Source: the human T2T-CHM13v2.0 reference genome, Homo sapiens
DNA: 64,000 nt
Assembly: GCF_009914755.1 (NCBI RefSeq)
Contig: NC_060930.1
Reading direction: 5' to 3' (one strand)
The notes under the pieces were generated by a model, which worked only from the letters and a program-made list of their open reading frames with translations, had not been told where the DNA came from and did not search any database. This document shows, one piece after another, positions 1 through 20,495 of this stretch. The position numbers and the translations under genes were made by a program. The stretch's first letter is position 1; every line of letters starts with the position of its first letter.

Positions 1-340
1 TCTAGTTAGAGATGCAGATTTGGGAGCTACTAGATACTGGAAGTGGCTGAGATCGCAGGAGGGCATGAAGTAAACCGGTGAGAATGTCCCAGTGATGAGG
101 AGAGAGCGTCGAGGACAGAACCCAGCAAATATCAAGTTGTGAGTGGGTGAAGGAAGTGAGCTGCAGTAGGGACTGAGTGGAGGGCTAGAGAAGTGGGAAA
201 AAGGAGAGACGCTCAGTAGAGAATGGGGGCGTGAGAGTAAGGAGGATTCCCCAGCAGTAAGTGATTTGTGTGTCAAGGCCCAAAAAGGAGGTCAAGTCAG
301 GTAGAGAGTAAAAAGTGTCACCTGGACTTGGTGGCCCGCG
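1..340 (-). mobile_element. L2 LINE fragment
   Basis: Purine-rich sequence resembling the reverse complement of the L2 RT region (gagatgcagatttgggag..., tgtgtcaa...gaggtcaagt). Confidence 0.65.
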
Positions 341-645
341 GAGCTGCCCGCTGGCCCCCTGGGCACTTCTCTTAGTCTTTGTCATTCATTCTACTCCTAG
401 GAGCTGTGCTGCCCGCAGACCTTCTCTGAGAGGTTCCCTTCTCAGTGGCCTGCATACTAGGAAGCCAGGAACCAGCTGGAGTGTTTATGCCCACCAAGCA
501 TCCAGGTCCCAAGAGGGCAGGCAGCATCTCAGCACTGGTCCTGCCTCCCCTTTCCCCTGTGTTGGTGGCACACATTCCCTTTCAGGTGGGAAAATGGGTC
601 CCATACGGATTGTTCTCCACTCTAGGATTAAAAGCAAGGATTCTT

Positions 646-937
<292 letters not shown>

Positions 938-1041
938 GCAAGGATTCTTGTGCTGTGACTCCTCAAGGCTTTGCTATTGATATGCAAAACCATGCTTTTG
1001 AAATTGTAATTCTACTTCTGTTCCAGAAAGCCTACTTCTTA

Positions 1042-1368
<327 letters not shown>

Positions 1369-1916
1369 GAATTCTATAGCTCTGGAAATCTTCCAGTGTT
1401 GGCCTGAGTTATATCCTCATGGACCCATCAGCAATATCTACCCACAAAATATACCTCCAAGTGATGGAATGAATTGACTTATTACGTGGATTTATTTAGA
1501 ATTGACAATTAGAATTTTAGAGAATAATTGCCAAGAAATGATTATAGTTTTGACCATATTGGCTGTTAAGTGTTTCTTTCTGATAGTAATTAACCAACTA
1601 TTTAAAGTCATGTCTGGTTCACGATTTTAAACCATGCCATTTGAGTAGAGATCAATGCCTGTGCTTCTATTCGTGAAGGCAAATGGGCAGACTGACATTT
1701 ACCTAACAGTGAAATTAAAATATTCAGATTTATTCAAGCTTACAAAGATAGATTTATTCAAGATGCAGGCGATAGAGTTTCATTTCACATCATTTTGACC
1801 TGGAGACAGTTTATTCCTTCTCCAATCCTGGCAGGGATATTTGCATGAAGATTTTTGTAACCTTGTGTAATGGTCTGGTATTAACCTTAAGACCACACTC
1901 TTTTGGAAACACAGGA

Positions 1917-2303
1917 TGTGATGGTTCATTTTATGTATTGCTGGGAAGTTTTTTTGGTTTTGTTTGTTTGTTTGTTCTTAGATGAGATTAGCATTTAAAT
2001 CAATAGACTGAAAGTAAAGTAGATGGCCCTCTGTAATGTGGGTGGGCCTCATCCAAGCCATTGAAGGCCTAAAGAGAAAAGACTAAGATTTCCCAAGGAA
2101 CAGAGAATTCTGCCTCCACAATCCCTTTAGACTTGAGCTGCAATATCAGTTCTTCCCTGGGTCTCGGGGCTGCTGGCCTGTCCTGCAGATTTCCGACTTG
2201 CCAGTCACCACAATCTTGTAAACCAGTTCCTTAAAATGAATCTCTCTCTATGTACATACACATCCTATTGGTTCTGTTTCTCTGGAGAATCCTGACTAAT
2301 ACA
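1917..2303 (+). mobile_element. MLT2B-like ERVL solo LTR
   Basis: TGTGATGGTT...GGTTCTGTTTCTCTGGAGAATCCTGACTAATACA ends; 5-bp TSD cagga/caggg. Confidence 0.8.
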
Positions 2304-2469
2304 CAGGGGAACTTCACTGTGAGTCCTTCCATGCTTGAGGGGTTTGTTGAAATGAGGGGATCTGGAGCCCACACAGAGGGCAGGGTATAGCTAGGCCCAC
2401 GGGTACTTCACACACAGACCCAAAGCTGGGAAGAGCCTGTTGTAGCCCCTGCCCAATTTCGTAGAGAGA

Positions 2470-2829
2470 CAGGGCTGACCAATCCATCGGTGCTCACGGT
2501 AGCCTAACATACTTTTAAGGATCCATGAGAATGTTCTATATTTTTTTTAATCAGTAGAGAAAAAAAAATGAGCTTTGAAGTTGAAAAAATTACAGATGAT
2601 CCCCAACTTATGATGGTTCAACTTAGAATTTTTCAAATTTACCATGGGTTTATGAGGTTGCAACCCCATTGTAAGTTCAGGAGCATCTGTGTTTTGATAC
2701 ATAATATTTTGATATATTCATCTTTATACTAATGCAGTCACAAAAAATTATTTTTAATATCTTCTATGAAAGAAGGGACCCATGAAGGCAAAAGTGTATA
2801 GGGCCCACAAAAGTTATAAGGCAGCCCTG
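2470..2829. mobile_element. Non-autonomous hAT-type DNA transposon (MER-type)
   Basis: Terminal inverted repeats cagggctg...cagccctg; 8-bp TSD tagagaga/tagggaga. Confidence 0.7.
2593..2689. mobile_element. Tc1/mariner Tigger-family MITE (MER47-like) nested in the hAT element
   Basis: 24-bp TIRs cagatgatccccaacttatgatgg / ccattgtaagttcaggagcatctg; flanks TA / TG. Confidence 0.7.
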
Positions 2830-2883
2830 TAGGGAGATGAAACTGTGTGTAGAAACATTATGTAGAAAACATTGATAAATATT

Positions 2884-3397
<514 letters not shown>

Positions 3398-3495
3398 TCA
3401 AGTCTATGTAAGGGAAATATTCCTGAGGAGCTAATTTAAATCAATAGCTTATTAAGGTTTCAAGCATACCACTCAACATATGAGCTAAAATATTA

Positions 3496-4285
<790 letters not shown>

Positions 4286-4404
4286 AATATTACATCTTAG
4301 AAAAATTTTCATTTTAAACTAAAATTTATCAAGTGTCTAATAATAAGTGAAGTGAAAAAAATCCCATTTGGGAAGAGTTCTAAAATCTTTAACATGTGGA
4401 AAGA

Positions 4405-4467
4405 TCTCTTTCTCTCTCTCTCTCTCCCCCCTTTCGCTCTCTCTGTCTCATCTATCTATCTATCTAC

Positions 4468-4511
<44 letters not shown>
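4405..4511. repeat. (CT)n plus (TCTA)~15 microsatellite
   Basis: Read directly; one CCTA interruption. Confidence 0.95.
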
Positions 4512-5092
4512 GAATGATAATGATGAATAAAGTGTCTCATCTCGTTGTCAACAGGGACTTCTCATTCCACCATTCCTTTCTCAGTGGCTATTCCATATGT
4601 GACATTGTTCCCAAATTTGCATTCATTATTCTTGACAGCTATACCCAATACCTCCCATGGAGGTAGATCCTGTACAAATGCTAAAAAACTGCTAGTTGCT
4701 TAAAATAGGACCTGAAGTTAATTAATTTTTTGAGTCCAGCCTAAGAAATTATCTTACTAACTTGAACAGATATTTTTAAGCTTCATAGAACTTTATATTA
4801 AACTAAATTATAAGCTCCCAAATCAACAAGATCCAATCTGTACATTTATGAATGTGTACAGTTATGAACGTGGAAGAATCCATCTTCCAAAAAGTGGTTA
4901 GAAAGAGATTTATGAATTAATTAAAATTAAATCAATTATTTGAGCTTAACATTACTTATGGAAATGCAAGTGATTGTTACAATAGTCTTGGAGACAGCAA
5001 TATCAAGCATCAGAAAATCATTCAATTTAGGGAAAGGTGATCATTTCAACTTTTAGCCAGGCATATATGGGACAATAACATTGTGAGTAAGA

Positions 5093-5414
5093 GGCCAGGC
5101 GTGGTGGCTCACGCCTGTAATCCCAGCACTTTGGGAGGCCAAGACAGCTGGATCACAAGGTCAGGAGTTCCAGACCAGCCTGGCCAACATAGTGAAACTC
5201 CGTCTCCACTAAAAATACAAAAATTAGCCAGGCATGGTGGTGCGCGCCTGTAATCCCAGCTACTCAGGAGGCTGAGGTATGAGAATCGCTTGAACCTGGG
5301 AGGTGGAGGTTGCGGTGAGAAAAGATTGCACCACAGCCTAGGCAACAGAAAGAGACTCCGTCTCAAAAACAAACAAGCCCATAAAACAAATAAACAAACA
5401 ACAACAACAAAAAA
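5093..5414 (+). mobile_element. AluS (Sg-like)
   Basis: Dimeric Alu; TSD aacatt(g/c)tgagtaaga. Confidence 0.85.
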
Positions 5415-5980
5415 ACATTCTGAGTAAGAGCATGGGCTTTGGCGTCAGAAAGTCTTGGTTTGAATTCTTACTGTGTCATTTTGTTCATTCATTCCTCAAA
5501 TATTTACTGATACTCAGTCACTGGGGCTACAGTGATGAACCAGAAGCCATTCTTCTATCTCTGTGGTAGAAAAAGAGCTTCCGAGAAAAATTTCACACTT
5601 ATGCTAATTCTAGAAATGAGTTATTTATTACAGTAAAAACTGAAGAAAAAGGCAAAACAAAGCATTTTAATGTTTTCTGATTAACAAGTGAATTTAAATG
5701 TCATATATCAGTGAGGTTACAGAATAAAGATACTGAAGTCAGAGAGGGTGTGTTAATATAATTTCCCATAATGTACGTCTGCCATGCAAAAAAAACCCTT
5801 GAGATTAAGATTCGATATTGCAAAGGAGGTGATGAGGAGCTTTTAAAGATAGAATGAGTTAAGGAAATAATTGCAAACTTATTAGTCAGGACACTCATAA
5901 CAAGATACAGAAAAATCGTAAATTAGATAGAAAGGGACTTTCACCCTAACAAATATTAAGGTTTATAATTTTATAAGTAA

Positions 5981-6286
<306 letters not shown>

Positions 6287-6679
6287 TCAAGGTAAGTATT
6301 TTATAGATGTTTTATAGTTTTGTCCTTACCTAATAAGATGTGGATGAACAATTCATGGCTTTGCCTCTCCAGTGTATCTTGGTCGACTGTCTACTACGCT
6401 TTCCAGTTCTTCTAAAACTCACTAACTTTGCTTCTAAGTTTTTGTCTAGCGAGGGCTAATTTTTAAAATAGGGGGTTTATTATTTCCTGGTTTTACAAGA
6501 CGTAGTGAAATTCCATCTATACTTGTTCTAGGGGGCTATTGTTTGCCCCCTAGAGTATAACACTAGTAAAGTGTTATAATTAAGTTCAGCCAGGTATTTT
6601 TATCTTTGACGTGCTAACCCTGTAAAGTGACCAGAGGGAAGAAGCCTTTCTGTTTGTCTATTTATCTTCCCATCCATGT

Positions 6680-6990
6680 GCTCATTCATTTATCCATCCA
6701 TTAATTTATTCAACAAACATTAAATGTATATTCATTCACCAGATATTTATGGTGTGTTCATTATGTGCTAGGAAATGTGCTTGGTGCTAAGGATAAAAAT
6801 ATAATTGATTTCTAGCTTCTGCCTTCAAACACACAACCTTGTAGCTGACTCGTTCATTTATTAATGCCCAACATATATTTCATGAGTGCATACTATCTGC
6901 CAGGCACTGTTGCAGACACAGTACTGGAAAACAGAGGGCCTGCTCTCACGGAGCTTACATTCTAGTAGGTAGACATAAAACACAAGATGT
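6680..6990 (-). mobile_element. L2 3'-end fragments
   Basis: ttcattcatt...caacaaacatt...tatgtgctagg / ccaggcactgtt, gagcttacattctag. Confidence 0.65.
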
Positions 6991-7100
6991 TTTTGAGAGG
7001 TCCAAGAAGATAAGATTTGAATTTTTGTTTATCTTAATCTTAATTTACATTTTTGTATATGTTTGGTACCGTGCATAATATGTACAGTAGTATATGTATA

Positions 7101-7711
<611 letters not shown>

Positions 7712-7799
7712 CAGTAGTATATCATTTTAAAATAAACACATATTTAAATTTGTTTCATAAACTCATACCAAGAGCTTGCAGACAAAAACATTTACAAAA

Positions 7800-7985
7800 C
7801 CCAGGGTAAAAGCATGGGTGTTAGGATCAGAGACTTGTGGGTTTGAATCCAGGTTCTGCTTTACTCGTTGCCTGTGGGTCCTTGGGTAAGCCCGAGTTCC
7901 TCCTCCTTTCTAAGAACTGTTGTAAGGGTTGAGTGCAATAATGTTAGTAAAGTGTTTATGTTGTGTCTGTATATACCAAGTCCTT
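7800..7985 (+). mobile_element. MIR
   Basis: gggtttgaatccaggttctgc...ccttgggtaag...gttgtaagggttgag. Confidence 0.6.
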
Positions 7986-8511
7986 AAAAAAAGGATGACT
8001 AATGTTACTACTATGATTATTCTTCGTGTGATAAATATTATAATACAGACACCTCTTAAAGGGCATATAGAAATATTGAGAAGGAACTGATTAAGCAGTG
8101 ACCCTTAAAGTCATGAACCTATGGTACATAATTGGTGGGAGTGTAAGTTGGTGCTATTTTCTATGCAATGTGTATCAAAACAATTTTTATTTCCTTTGAC
8201 TCAGTTGTTTCTTTTCCAGAGAAACAACTTTCCTCATCCTAAGGAAACAGTCAGAATTCTAACAGATTTATAATAGTGATCAATTAGAAAGAGAACGAAA
8301 TGTCGAATCGCGGGAGAGTAGTCAACTTAAAATACAGCTTTATGATGGAATATTGTGCAGCTGTTAACATTTTAAAAGAACACTTGGGGAAATATTAATA
8401 TTAAATGTAGAAAACAGGTTGTAAAGTTGTAGTTACAGTATAACCCCAATTATATTTTTAAAAAGCACATGATATATTTGTATTAGAAAAACACTATAAA
8501 GAAATGCATCA

Positions 8512-9152
<641 letters not shown>

Positions 9153-9282
9153 TTATCTCTGATAAGACTGTGGGTGGCATTCATTTTTTTCATCGATTAG
9201 ACAATCACAGAAATATTAACCAAGATAAATAAAGCAAGATGAGCATGTGGGCAGGAGTGGTAACTGGGATAAAAAGAAATTT

Positions 9283-9480
9283 TGACCAGCCTGGACAACA
9301 TGGTGAAACTCCATCTCTAAAAAATTACAAAAATTAGCTGGGCGTGGTGGCACGTGCTTGTAGTCCCAGCTACCTGGGAGGTTGAGATAAGATGATAACT
9401 TGAGACTGGGAGGTCAAGTCTGCAGTGAGCCGTGATCATGCCACTGCACTCCAGCCTGGATGACAGAGTGAAATCCTGGA
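9283..9480 (+). mobile_element. 5'-truncated AluJ
   Basis: Starts at gaccagcctggacaac; tail runs into a GA-rich tract; gaaattttg on both sides. Confidence 0.8.
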
Positions 9481-9621
9481 AAGAAAGAAACGAAAGAAAA
9501 TGAAAGAAAGGAAGGAAGGAGGGAGGGAGGGAGGGAGGGAGGGAAGGGAAGAAGGGAGGGAGGGAGGGAGGGAGGAAGGGAGGGAGGGAGGGAGGAAGGA
9601 AGGAAGGAAGGAAGGGAGGGA
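9481..9621 (+). repeat. (GAAA)/(GGAA)/(GGGA)n polypurine tract
   Basis: Read directly. Confidence 0.95.
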
Positions 9622-10329
9622 AATTTTGCCTGGGGATCCTAGGAAGCCTTCACAAAAATGCCAGTTCCAACTCTTGAATGGGGCCCAGACTTTTGCCCAG
9701 TGGAGAAGCAGCTTGTGAAGAAAGAGGAAGAACCCAGAAGGTGAAACAGCGATGAAAGCTCTGTGGCATGCCGAGACACATTTAATTTTTTCCATGTGAC
9801 TGGAGGTCAGGCTAGATATTGGGCATTGAGGCAGAAACCCTGGGAATGTGGGTTTTGGCTGATAGAGAAGAGACTCACATACCTTAAGGAGTTTATTCCT
9901 TACCTTGTCTATCGTGGGCAGCTTTGTAGGTGGGGAAAGATGGATCAGGTCTGCATTTCAGAGTGGCTACTTTGTGGCAGCACAAAGGTTAGGTCGGCAC
10001 AAAGTGAGTCGGAAGGGAGAGCAGTGAGGAGCCTCTTGCTTCAGTCTCCATTCTTTTTGGATGAAGCCTTGGCAGAACCATTCATTTCCATCCTAATATT
10101 GAAATGCCTTCACATTATTACATCAGCTTAGGCTATGTGACTTTTGAAAGCTTGGTAGGTTGGTGTCAGATAAATGAGGCCTTCACACTCACTCACCTGG
10201 TCTCTGCAAGAAACTGGATCAAGGTGATGAGGAATGCACTCTTAATACCTGAACAAGAGGTCTTGGAAATTGTGTTTCTTATATTAACTAAACAAATGTA
10301 GTCAAATGCTATTATAAAGGATTGGCTGA

Positions 10330-11621
<1,292 letters not shown>

Positions 11622-11726
11622 GATTGTTTTGTGGGTTTTGAAATTTGTCATGATTTCTTGTCATGAATGGGTGTGTTGTAACTGAGCAGGTTCTTTGCTT
11701 TACCATGAGGTCCTAGTAAATCATGT

Positions 11727-12986
<1,260 letters not shown>

Positions 12987-13854
12987 ATGTGACTCATGTC
13001 TGTCGACTTGGAAGGGCCAAGTCAAGCTGTGGTCTACCTCTAGGAAGTGTACAATACTCACAGCACATATATAATACTCCTGTGCTTCCTCTTATTTTTT
13101 CCCTCTTTTAATTTTTCTTTACGGCCATTTGCTTCTTTTTTTTTTTTCATTCTTTCTTGTTTTCACACTGGATAAGAAATAGCCCTTAAGCTTTGGATGG
13201 AAATTAAAGGAATTCTCAAAAATCCAGGCCTTTTGCAAACAGTAAAGATTATACGAAACACTAGCAAGGTGGGGCCTTGCCTTCAGTTTATGGTCCTGCC
13301 ATGGTACAGGAGAAGCATGTCCCAGAACAGCCACAGAGTCCAGAAGAAGGCAACCTTTCTCCTTTTGACTTGTAGTTATGGTATACATCCATGTTTTTTA
13401 GTTTGTTAATGCTTCTGGGTGGACCAGGCTGAGATGGAGTGTTGCAAGCTATCTTTCTTAGTTTGGGAAAATCTGTGCACTTTCTAAGCCAGCCCATCTC
13501 CAGGGGGTGGGATCTTGGAGAAATCAGGCAGCTCCAGGGGCTGAGGGGATTTGGTTTAGCAGATGAGAATGGGACGAGACTGTCAAGTCAATCAAATGTG
13601 AGGACTAAGATGTTAGTAAAAAAAGCATACATTTGTTACCAGGAAGGAGTCCCAATCCAGACCCCCAAGAGAGGGTTCTTGGATCTTGTTCAAGAAAGAA
13701 TTTGGGTGAGTTCACAGAGTAAAGTGAAAGCAAGTTTATTAATAAAGTAAAGGAATAAAAGGGTGCCTACTCCATAGGCAGAGCAGCCTCGAGGGCTGCT
13801 GGCTGGCTATTTTTATAGTTATTTCTTGATTATGTGATAAACAAGGGGTATATG

Positions 13855-14918
13855 TATCAGGGGAACCAGCCCCCAATATTTCAACGTAGGTTCTTTCTAT
13901 TTTCCCTAAGGGTCAGGCGGCTGAGAAATAAAGAGAAAGAGTACAGAGAGGAATTTTACAGCTGGGCCTCCATGGGTGACATCACATATCGGTAGGACCA
14001 TGATGCCCACCTGAGCTGCAAAGCCAGCAGGTTTTTATTAAGGACTTTAAAAGGGGAAGGGGTGTACAAACAGGGAGCAGGTCACAGAGATCACATGCTT
14101 CAGAGGGCAAAAAGGAGAATGAAGATCACGTGCTTCTGAAGCCAATAAAGATCACAAGGCAAAGGGCAAAGCAAAGATCACAAGGCAAAGGGCGAAATCA
14201 AAAACTCCTGATAAGGGTCTATGTTCAGCTGTGCATGTATTGTCTTAATAAGCATCTTAAACAACAGAAAACAGGGCTCAAGAGCAGAGAATCGGTCTGA
14301 CCTCAAATTCACCAGGGTGGGATTTTTTTCCCCACCCTAATAAGCCTGAGGGTACTGCAAGAGACCAGGGTGTATTTCAGTCCTTATCTCAACTGCATAA
14401 GACAGACACTCCCAGAGCGGCCATTTATGGACCTCCCCCGAGGAATGCATTCCTTCCCCAGGGTATTAATTATTAATATTCCTTGCTGGGAAAAGAATTT
14501 AGTGATATCTTCCCTACTTGCATGTCCATTTATAGGCTCTCTGCAAGAAGAAAAATATGGCTCTATTCTGCCCGACCCCGCAGGCAGTCAGACCCTATGG
14601 TTGTCTTCCCTTGGTCCCTGAAAATCGCTGTTATTCCGTTCTTTTTCAAGGTGCACTGATTTCATATTGTTCAAACACATATGTTTTACAATCAATTTGT
14701 ACAGATAACACAATAGTGGTCCTGAGGTAATGTACACTCTCAGCTTACGAAGTTAAGAGGATTAAGAGATTAAAGTAAAGACAGGCATAAGAAATTATAA
14801 AAGTATTAATTTTGGGAACTGATACATGTCCATATTAAAATGAAATCTTCACAATTTATGTTCCTCTGCCATGGCTCCAGCCGGTCCCTCCGTTCGGGGT
14901 TCCTGACTTCCCGCAACA
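13855..14918 (-). mobile_element. MER11 (HERV-K11/HML-8) solo LTR
   Basis: Reverse complement starts TGTTGCGGGAAGTCAGG; about 1.06 kb; 6-bp TSD tatatg/tatatt. Confidence 0.85.
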
Positions 14919-14935
14919 TATATTATTCATGAGTT

Positions 14936-14944
14936 TTCTAGGAA
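14936..14944. promoter_or_regulatory. STAT GAS motif TTCTAGGAA in MER41B
   Basis: Matches TTCNNNGAA at the position of the known MER41B GAS pair; function not shown. Confidence 0.5.
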
Positions 14945-15573
14945 AGGGATGAGGAATTCCCAGACCGGAGGGTTTGTCTTCTTTTTAGACCATACAGGGT
15001 AATAACCTGAAGTTGCCATGACATTTGAAAATCGTTATGCTAGTGGTAGGAGTGTCTTTTAGCATACCAATGTATTATAATTAGCATATAATGAGCAGTG
15101 AGGATGACCAGAGGTTACTTTCATTGCCATCTTGATTTTGGTGGGTTTTGGCCAGCTTCTTTATTGCATCCTGTTTTATCAGCAGGGTCTTTGTGACTAT
15201 ACTTTATGATCTCCTATCTCATCCTGTGATAAAGAATGCCTAACCTCTGGGAGATGCAGGTCTCAGCCTCATTTTACCCAGCCCCTATTCAAGATGGAGC
15301 CACTCTGGTTCCAATGCCTCTGACACATTCATTCACTTAATTCTACAAATAAGTATTGCATGTTTACATTGTGAGGTCCTGAGTAGGGGAGGGAGGAAGA
15401 CATTGATTACTTATTAAAAATTAAACACACAGCTTATTCCTTCCCCTTGTGATAAGTGCCAGGAGGGAGAAACAGGGGTTGCTGTGAGAGGAGAACTGAA
15501 AGACAGAAATATGGTCAGTGGGAACTGTGATCGGCAAAGATGTACAGACACAGGACCCTGGGCAGACAAATAA

Positions 15574-16255
15574 TGAAACCGCCTTTGCGAAATTATGACT
15601 GAGACAGTGAAAGAGATCTAATCTAACTGACTCCATCTTGTTTGTAACCTTTAAGCTGTCCTTGTTCCTTCCTGGGTGTAGGCTGAAATAACTTTGGGAG
15701 GAATTTGGTTTAGAGTTTAAAATAAAGATAACAACACTTTCCCAAAACAAACCTCCTTCTTGCCTGGGGACTAGACTGCCTTTGTAGTACTAAGACATTA
15801 GCCACAAGATTAGAAATTATGGTTAAGGAGTCATTGCAGCTGGAGGCTACAAGACTCTGACCCTCCCTAAACTGCTCCTAAGATCCATGCTTGAGACATT
15901 TTGCAGACCCTGCACTTGATGGATCAGCTGGCATGACCCAGATTGATAAACTGGCCCATCTGATCTTGTGGCCCCCAGCTAGGAACTGACTCAGCACAAG
16001 AGGACAATTTCAACTTCCCATCTCTTACTTAACCAGTCAACATTCCTGGTTCACTGGCTTCCCCCCACCCACCAAGTTATCCTTAAAAACTCTGATTCCT
16101 GAAGCTCAGAGAGACTGATTTGAGTAATAAGAAAACTCTGGTCTCCTGCACAACCAGCTCTGCATGAATTAACTCTTTCTCTATTGCAATTCCCCTGTCT
16201 TGATAAATTGGCTCTGTCTAGGCAGCAGGCAAGGTGAACCCATTGGGTGGTTACA
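15574..16255 (+). mobile_element. LTR8 solo LTR
   Basis: TGAAACCGCCTTTGC...CATTGGGTGGTTACA, about 680 bp. Confidence 0.85.
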
Positions 16256-16662
16256 AAAATGGCTTGGGAAGAGTTTAAATTGTAAATATTAGAAGAATGA
16301 GAGGATTACTATGAAGGTGTGCATGCTGTTCATTTGCTGATTTTGTTCATTGGCTTCTGATTCCTTCTTACCCTCCCCAGCTGCCTCCTGTTACTCTCTT
16401 TATTAAATTGAGGGTGAGCTCTGGTTATAAAGGAGACAGTGGGTTCCATCTTTTGAAAGGATGGGATCCTAAACTGGAGTCTACCTATGCCTGTCCCAAA
16501 AAGAGTGTTGAGGACACTCTTGTTATCCTTCTGATAAGTAATGAGAGTTGCTAAGCACTACAGTATAAGATTTGTAATCTGCTGTTAATACTATTTGTTC
16601 TGAAAACAAAATTGTGAAAGAAAATAATAAAAATCTAATTGTGGACTTTGTCTCATTGCAAG

Positions 16663-18251
<1,589 letters not shown>

Positions 18252-18616
18252 GTAGAATTGTTATAGGAAGGTTGATTTCTGCTAAAGTGAGACATGGGAA
18301 GATTACATACTGCTACAATTTCCCACTTTCTTCTCATGTGTTTACAAAATGGGCCACTGTGGAGGCTCTGTTGCTCTCAGGAGTTTGTGCAGCTGGATGC
18401 TATGGATTCTGTCTAACAGAAGAAATGGGTCCTAGAAATGATGAAGCAGCATTATTTTTATTGAGTCTTCTTCAGGCAGAGCTAAGGACACCTTGGAAAA
18501 TAAAGCAAGGATTTAGTGCAACACAGAAGCTATTTAATTTTCTCTCTGGCATATCCTTTGCTAATTGGAGATGTTTTCCCAGTTAATAAAAGTATTAAAA
18601 AAAATTGAATTCTTGG

Positions 18617-18913
<297 letters not shown>

Positions 18914-19060
18914 TCATTGAATTCTTGTTTTAATCCTTGAAGACACTTAATATTTTGGCCAGAACACTATTTATATTCCGTTTATTTTAACAATGAATTT
19001 CCTGTCCCAAATGTAGTCAAAATGTGTACTTGCACAACAAAAGCATTGCAAACACTGCTG

Positions 19061-19557
19061 TGTTACAGACTGGCCAATGCACCACAATGTATTGGTCTCC
19101 TTGTGTGAGTTATCACCTGGAGTACTTTGTCTCAGGACCAAGAGAATTAAAGGGTGAGGTTGGAGCGAAAGTTTAATAAGCGAAAGGAGAAAGCTCACTG
19201 CAGGGGAGAGGGGATCCAGAAGAGGGTTGCTGGTTTTTGCAGTTGAATGCAAAGGCTTTTGTAAGAAACCGATGAGGGCTGGGCATCTCATTTGCATAAG
19301 GTGCAAATTTCTGGTAGCTCCACCCTGACCTCCTAGTGCACATGTGGGCGCTTAGCTTAAGTTACTCCATATTGCTTTGTTCTCCTTACTATGCATGTGT
19401 TAGGGGATGGAATTTTCCATTGCAGGCATGTCTGGGCAAGCCCCCCTGTGCAAGTTCCCTTATCTGTGCCTGCAGGCTGTTCTTCAGTTCGAAAGAATTC
19501 ATCTGAGGACCCACCCTAACTGTCTGCCTGACTAGTTTCTTCCTTTCTCCTCTCTCA
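19061..19557 (-). mobile_element. MER61-like ERV1 solo LTR
   Basis: Reverse complement starts TGAGAGAGGAGAAAGGAAG and ends GTAACA; perfect TSD gctg. Confidence 0.7.
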
Positions 19558-20133
19558 GCTGGAACTCAGTGATTCTCCTTTTGACTTCTACTTTGACCAT
19601 GCAGGGGTCCAAGTTCAGGATTTCCTGTGGCCTCTGAAGCCAATAAAGAATTCACGAACATGGAATTCACAAACAGTTTTCAGATTCTTGAAGGCTGCAA
19701 TATATGAATATTAGGATGTAAAACTGAAAACCTAATAAATTGGACTTTTAAAACATGCTTCCAGTTGTCTTTTACTTAATTAAGAAATTGATTTTAATAC
19801 TAAAATTATAGTCACTTTTTCTTTAAAAATTAGAACATTACAAATGAAGCTACAGTTTCCATTGACAACCACCTCTAATCTTGATCATCTTCTCCCATTG
19901 TTCAGAGGTTATTATGATGTAAGTTTGGTGAGTGTCCTTCAGACCATTAAAAATACTTTTTTCATTTCATTTCAATGTGCCTATACACATTGTGCCTATA
20001 CACAAAAGTTTGGTATGTACTTTTAAGACATAAATGGTGTCATACTGTTAGTTTTGTTCTCTAATTTACTTTATTTAAAAAACAGTATGTTTTTGAGATC
20101 TATTTATCTCCAAATAGATCCAAATGGATTTAG

Positions 20134-20443
<310 letters not shown>

Positions 20444-20495
20444 TAGTCTGATTCTTTTAACTGCTTTGGAGATTTCCATTTATGAATGTACTATA

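Larger units (their letters stand above)
13634..15325 (-). mobile_element. MER41B solo LTR (split by MER11)
   Basis: Reverse complement TGTCAGAGGCATTGGAACCAGAG...CCTGGTAACA; perfect 4-bp TSD catt. Confidence 0.85.

Noticed and set aside
9436-9795. PSFL/EGGR-repeat ORFs here and at 21223-21528
   Set aside because: Translations of simple purine/pyrimidine tracts.
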